From Candidatus Nanopelagicales bacterium (GTDB taxonomy: Bacteria; Actinomycetota; Actinomycetes; S36-B12; UBA10799), in NCBI GenBank assembly GCA_041674545.1, contig JBAYVO010000001.1:89057-153056 (forward strand): DNA of 64,000 bases, read 5' to 3'. Of the stretch, positions 60,486 to 64,000 are shown one piece after another. Below the pieces are notes generated by a model. It saw nothing but the letters and a program-made list of their open reading frames with translations, was not told the DNA's origin and ran no database searches. The position numbers and the translations under genes were made by a program. Position 1 is the first letter of the stretch. Every line of letters begins with the position of its first letter.

Positions 60486-61079
60486 TCATTGTTGTGCAAG
60501 TTTCGCCCATACAATTACGTTCGAGAGGTAACGATGGGCTGCGCGATCCAGCGTTCCGCCGCACGTGATCAAGCGCAGCTCGGCACCAGAAGTGTTCTGG
60601 TACACATCAGCTGTGGGAAATTCATTCTTGTCAATAGTTGACGTTCGGTACACCTCGAACGCCGCGACAGTCCCATCCTCGCGCTGAACCTCAATGCGAT
60701 CACCCTCGACCACGCTCTTGAGGTTGGCGAAGATTCCCTGCTCACCGCCACCGTTGACGTGCCCCAAGATGACGGCCGGTCCCTTAGCGCCCGGACGAGG
60801 GCCAAGGTTGTACCAGGACGCCAGCATGGGCTGCTCGACCGGAGGCTCCAAATGTCCGCCCCGAGCATCGAGTCCCAGCCCGTCAACCATGACAGGACCA
60901 TCGATGTTGCGCGCGAACACCGATACATTCACCGGACGCGGCTGCACACCAGGCAGAACATCAGCAGGCGCAGACTGCGCGGGCGTGCTCGGCGCGTCCG
61001 GAGCCGCTGCAGTCCCACACCCAGCCAGGACTGCAGCGAACACCAGAACAGAGGCCAAAAGCCCCGCTACACGACTCAC
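60486..61079 (-). CDS. Class F-type sortase, lipoprotein
   Basis: Lipobox AAVLAGCG. ASWYNLGPRPGAKGPAVILGHVNGGG (His), FANLKSVVEGDRIEV, AELRLITCGG (Cys) and RYLSNVIVWAKL (Arg) give the actinobacterial class F sortase layout. Confidence 0.8.
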   Translation of the reverse strand: MSRVAGLLASVLVFAAVLAGCGTAAAPDAPSTPAQSAPADVLPGVQPRPVNVSVFARNIDGPVMVDGLGLDARGGHLEPPVEQPMLASWYNLGPRPGAKGPAVILGHVNGGGEQGIFANLKSVVEGDRIEVQREDGTVAAFEVYRTSTIDKNEFPTADVYQNTSGAELRLITCGGTLDRAAHRYLSNVIVWAKLAQQ

Positions 61080-61681
61080 TCCGTCGAACCGTCCCCGGTC
61101 TCAGGCGCATCGTTGGGAACCACGACAACATCCGAGCCGCCTGGAACCACCGTGACCGTAGTCAGAGGCGGAGCTGTGGTGGTCGGGGTGACAGTCACAG
61201 TGGTCGGCGGAGCCGGAGCGCACGCCTTCAACTTGTCATCGATCAGTAGATTGAGCTTGGCCTGCGCGTCTGCCAGAACCTTCTTCAGCTCCGTCAAAGG
61301 CGTGGTGCTTGCAGCATTGATAAACGCCGTCACCGCAGCAACGAAATCACCCTGAGCCTTGGTCAGCTTGGTCTGCAGGTCCAACAGAACCGCAACCGAC
61401 GCCTTCGCTGCAACCGCCGAAGCGTACGCATCTCCAGCCTTCGCAAGCACATCCTGCTTCAAAAGAACCTGCGTCTGCAAACCCGCGAGCGCGGTATCCG
61501 CGTCAGCCAACTTGTCGGAAGCGTCGACTACCACCTGAGCCTGAGCCACCACACGAACTGTCGCGGTCACACACCCAGCAGAGTCCGGGCCAACGGCAGG
61601 TGCTGCTGCCGCCAGCGGAGCAAACACTGACAGCGAAGCGGCTACCAAGCCGCTCACCACCAGCAAACGGAACTGCTTCAT
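61076..61681 (-). CDS. Secreted Ala-rich helical protein ending in a sortase-like APETG motif
   Basis: Signal peptide MKQFRLLVVSGLVAASLSVFAPLAAAAP, a helical Ala-rich middle, a Pro/Thr-rich tail and the C-terminus ...VVVPNDAPETGDGSTE. GTGA overlap with the sortase start. Confidence 0.7.
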   Translation of the reverse strand: MKQFRLLVVSGLVAASLSVFAPLAAAAPAVGPDSAGCVTATVRVVAQAQVVVDASDKLADADTALAGLQTQVLLKQDVLAKAGDAYASAVAAKASVAVLLDLQTKLTKAQGDFVAAVTAFINAASTTPLTELKKVLADAQAKLNLLIDDKLKACAPAPPTTVTVTPTTTAPPLTTVTVVPGGSDVVVVPNDAPETGDGSTE

Positions 61682-61729
61682 CTCACGGTCTCCTTGATCG
61701 GGGATGAGACCTTACGGGTAGCTATTCGG

Positions 61730-62413
61730 CTATGCAGTCTCACTTACACAAGTGTAAGTAGGAAAGCTGTCGTCCGCGTTTGATCGTGTGCAGCGGATGT
61801 TTTCCAACGGGCTAGAACTAGGAAAAATGAACTCCGCTGGCGGCTGACCCGGAGCACCCGCAGGTCCCTGCGCCCCAGGCGGACCCGTGTCGCCCTGCGC
61901 CCCCTGCACGCCCTGAGGACCCTGCACGCCCTGGATACCCTGCGCGCCAGCGGTGCCCGGCTCACCCGGAGTACCGGCCGTACCTGGCTCACCAGGCGTA
62001 CCCGCGATACCCGGCTCACCAGGAACACCCTGCGGGCCCGTAGCACCGGGGATGCCCGGAATGGGGGCGATCTTGACCCGCTCAGCCTGCGAACACAGAC
62101 CGGACGGCAGAGAACTCTTGGCATCGGAGTCCGCGCACGCTTCAGAGATTTGGCTCGCCAGCGTCTTAGCCTGCCCAGCGGTGGCATCGCGCTGCTGCAC
62201 CACCAAATCCTTCTGGGTGGTGACATTTTCGACCTGGCGGTTGCTGGTCTTCACGGACAACACCAACGCCGTAGCCGCAACGATGAGAGCAACCCCGACC
62301 AGCACCGGCCACAGACGCTTGAGCAGCGAAAGAAAATCCGGACGGTTATGTCGAGAACGATTTTTGGGACGGTTCGCGGGTACGCCCGCAGGCATCGGGA
62401 ACGCTCGGGTCAT
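61730..62413 (-). CDS. TM-anchored collagen-like protein
   Basis: Basic N-terminus, a TM segment ([20 protein letters not shown]), a short coiled coil, 24 uninterrupted G-X-Y triplets and a ~35-aa Cys-containing C-terminal knob. Confidence 0.8.
   Translation of the reverse strand: MTRAFPMPAGVPANRPKNRSRHNRPDFLSLLKRLWPVLVGVALIVAATALVLSVKTSNRQVENVTTQKDLVVQQRDATAGQAKTLASQISEACADSDAKSSLPSGLCSQAERVKIAPIPGIPGATGPQGVPGEPGIAGTPGEPGTAGTPGEPGTAGAQGIQGVQGPQGVQGAQGDTGPPGAQGPAGAPGQPPAEFIFPSSSPLENIRCTRSNADDSFPTYTCVSETA
61842..62057 (-). repeat. Collagen-like G-X-Y repeat tract (24 triplets)
   Basis: [72 protein letters not shown]. Confidence 0.9.
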
Positions 62414-62859
62414 GTCAAGTCACCACAGTTCGGAGGCGGTGGCAGAGGTGCGGCTGCCCGAACCCTCTCCAATTCACGGATTGCAGAAATATACTTCTGA
62501 GTCTCACGAGCAGCCGCTTCACGATCACCAGCCAGCGTGGCGGTCAACAGCTCCACCTGAGCCTGCGTCTCCACGCGCTGAGCTTCACTGCGATCAGTCA
62601 GCGCCTGAGAAACAGCTTTATTGTATGTAATCTGGCAGGAAGTAGTTCGATAGTAACTAATTCCGGAAAGAACAACTAAGATGAGGATGGCTAATCCAAC
62701 AAACGAACGGAAAAGCTCAAACTTGGTAGCCCTCACCCTCTTACCTCCGGTCGTTGTTGCATCAGCCTGGGCAGACCGAATGGCCAGCCAACATGTAGCC
62801 CAACCCAGCACAAAGCCGCCACCAGACCACAGCAGTGCGGAGTACAGGGAAGGAGCCAT
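62410..62859 (-). CDS. Membrane protein (2 TM) with a C-terminal coiled coil
   Basis: 149 aa with 4-nt overlaps to its neighbours. Confidence 0.6.
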   Translation of the reverse strand: MAPSLYSALLWSGGGFVLGWATCWLAIRSAQADATTTGGKRVRATKFELFRSFVGLAILILVVLSGISYYRTTSCQITYNKAVSQALTDRSEAQRVETQAQVELLTATLAGDREAAARETQKYISAIRELERVRAAAPLPPPPNCGDLT

Positions 62860-63095
62860 TAGTCGACCTTTGCCGGTTCCGGATCTTCCTCTTCTTTATC
62901 CTCTTCAGGATTGCCGTTCTTGTCCTTGTTGGACCTACGCGACAGGGCTAACGCTCCACCAACAATAGCCATAAAAATACCATTGATAGCAACGTCCGGA
63001 CTGTAGTCCTCAACAATGAACTGCGCCGCAAAATTAATGGCCCAGACCACAGTGACGACAACAATGATCGCCGTCGCCAGTGGCTTAGGGATCAC
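62859..63095 (-). CDS. Small 2-TM protein with a highly charged C-terminus (holin-like topology)
   Basis: 78 aa: two hydrophobic helices followed by SRRSNKDKNGNPEEDKEEEDPEPAKVD. Confidence 0.55.
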   Translation of the reverse strand: MIPKPLATAIIVVVTVVWAINFAAQFIVEDYSPDVAINGIFMAIVGGALALSRRSNKDKNGNPEEDKEEEDPEPAKVD

Positions 63096-63469
63096 TCTTT
63101 CGTCCTATGCTCAGGCCGATTAACCGGCGGAACCTCATACCGAAGTCGCCACGCTCCCCACAGCATCAGACTGACGCCGATCAAGCTGAGAGCAAGGCGA
63201 TAATGAGCATGATCGCCAATGTGGTCAACTTCAGTACCGATCACGATCATGGCAAACAAACACTGAGCAGTCAGTCGAGCCTGCTGTCCTGAAGCTCGGG
63301 CATTCAGCACTAACCGTGGTGTCCACACGATTAACGCAAGTCCCAACAACATCGTGATTACTCGTACAATGTCGACCCAAAAAACAAGAGGCCAGGCAAA
63401 CGGGGTGCCAGGTCCATCAGGAGCACAGAGTGCGTAGCAATCCCTTGCGTATAAGATTGTCGGTAACAC
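63092..63469 (-). CDS. Membrane protein (3-4 TM)
   Basis: 125-aa hydrophobic ORF with a 4-nt overlap downstream. Confidence 0.55.
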   Translation of the reverse strand: MLPTILYARDCYALCAPDGPGTPFAWPLVFWVDIVRVITMLLGLALIVWTPRLVLNARASGQQARLTAQCLFAMIVIGTEVDHIGDHAHYRLALSLIGVSLMLWGAWRLRYEVPPVNRPEHRTKE

Positions 63470-63501
63470 AGCTTGAACCCCCGCTCAAGCGGAAGCTCAA
63501 A

Positions 63502-63765
63502 TTAGGATTTATTGAGCTTCTTGGACATGCCAAACTGCTTTAAAGCTGCCTGAGGCGAATCAAACTTCTGCTTGTAATTGTCCCAGGATCCAGACCACTT
63601 GTCGCCAATACGCTTCACCACGGCCACCTTCGCGCCCTTGGCATCCACGATCTGGCGCTGGCCCGGAGGAAGCGTCGGGTTGGACGCAAACCGATAGCCA
63701 CTCGACGTTGTGGAATCCGCCGAGCTGTCCTTCTTCTTGTTCACCCACGGAGGTGCGGCGCCCAT
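63502..63765 (-). CDS. Hypothetical basic protein (87 aa)
   Basis: ORF on the coding strand with a TGATG overlap onto the upstream gene. Confidence 0.5.
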   Translation of the reverse strand: MGAAPPWVNKKKDSSADSTTSSGYRFASNPTLPPGQRQIVDAKGAKVAVVKRIGDKWSGSWDNYKQKFDSPQAALKQFGMSKKLNKS

Positions 63766-64000
63766 CAGCCGTTGCCCTTCGATTTGGGCGCCTTGGCCGG
63801 GTTCTTGATCGGCCCCTGCGCGATGTACTGCCGATAGAGACGCTTCACAGAGGCGGGAACCATCGCCGTAAGCCCGAGAGCCTGCGCCGCCTTCACCACC
63901 TCAGCTGCAGCAGCCCCACGCTTGCCATCCGGCAACCGCTCAATCTGTCCGAGAGCGCTTTTCAGCTTTCCCTCATTGCCGATGTCCCCAAAAACCTTGC
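63765..64000 (-). CDS. Hypothetical protein, N-terminus outside the window
   Basis: Open minus-strand frame from the window edge to TGA 63765-63767. My translation ends ...LPDGKRGAAAAEVVKAAQALGLTAMVPASVKRLYRQYIAQGPIKNPAKAPKSKGNG. Confidence 0.5.
   Translation of the reverse strand, partial: KVFGDIGNEGKLKSALGQIERLPDGKRGAAAAEVVKAAQALGLTAMVPASVKRLYRQYIAQGPIKNPAKAPKSKGNG

Noticed and set aside
59803-64000. Small terminase subunit assignment for 59803..60462 or the partial gene at 63765..64000
   Set aside because: The first carries an HExxH peptidase motif and no DNA-binding features. For the second, only a C-terminal fragment is visible. There is no basis for a TerS call.

Overview
All supported genes lie on the minus strand and are tightly packed, with many 1-8 nt start/stop overlaps. 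The window looks like a reverse-oriented piece of a large (>64 kb), high-GC tailed dsDNA actinobacteriophage or prophage with siphovirus-type gene order. A Streptomyces-like actinomycete host is my inference from a DUF397 gene, a class F-type sortase, nrdJ and the GC content. Minus-strand gene order, from 64000 down to 1: (1) a cell-envelope cassette with four membrane proteins, a TM-anchored collagen-like protein, a secreted protein ending ...APETGDGSTE, a lipoprotein class F-type sortase and an HExxH peptidase; (2) terminase large subunit, portal, and a 3121-aa MuF-fusion giant with Nudix-like, kinase-like and PARP-like ADP-ribosyltransferase-like motifs; (3) two small genes and a strong terminator; (4) scaffold (possible protease fusion), gpD-like decoration protein and gpE-like major capsid protein, followed by a terminator; (5) a ~9.6 kb terminator-bounded island of ~30 small genes, including endonuclease VII, DEDDh exonuclease, nucleotidyltransferase, DUF397, a lipoprotein and Zn-ribbon minis; 11 of its gene starts carry a conserved GGGTAGRAC-N6-ATG junction motif; (6) two membrane proteins and four neck genes; (7) glycosyltransferase, HNH endonuclease, major tail protein, and tail chaperones with a canonical G_GGA_AAA -1 frameshift; (8) a 3292-aa tape measure with NlpC/P60, SLT and 2x LysM; (9) an evolved Dit, minor tail proteins and a 1572-aa fibre with an S74-type C-terminus; (10) a secreted NlpC/P60, an SNase-like nuclease, an SNF2 helicase and NrdJ (truncated at position 1). 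The long plus-strand ORFs in the track are antisense shadows. The best candidates for something undescribed are the multi-enzyme MuF giant, the phage-borne sortase with its APETG neighbour, and the start-associated motif in the small-gene island that splits the head and neck genes. All functional calls rest on motif-level reading by eye and on synteny; no database search was possible.
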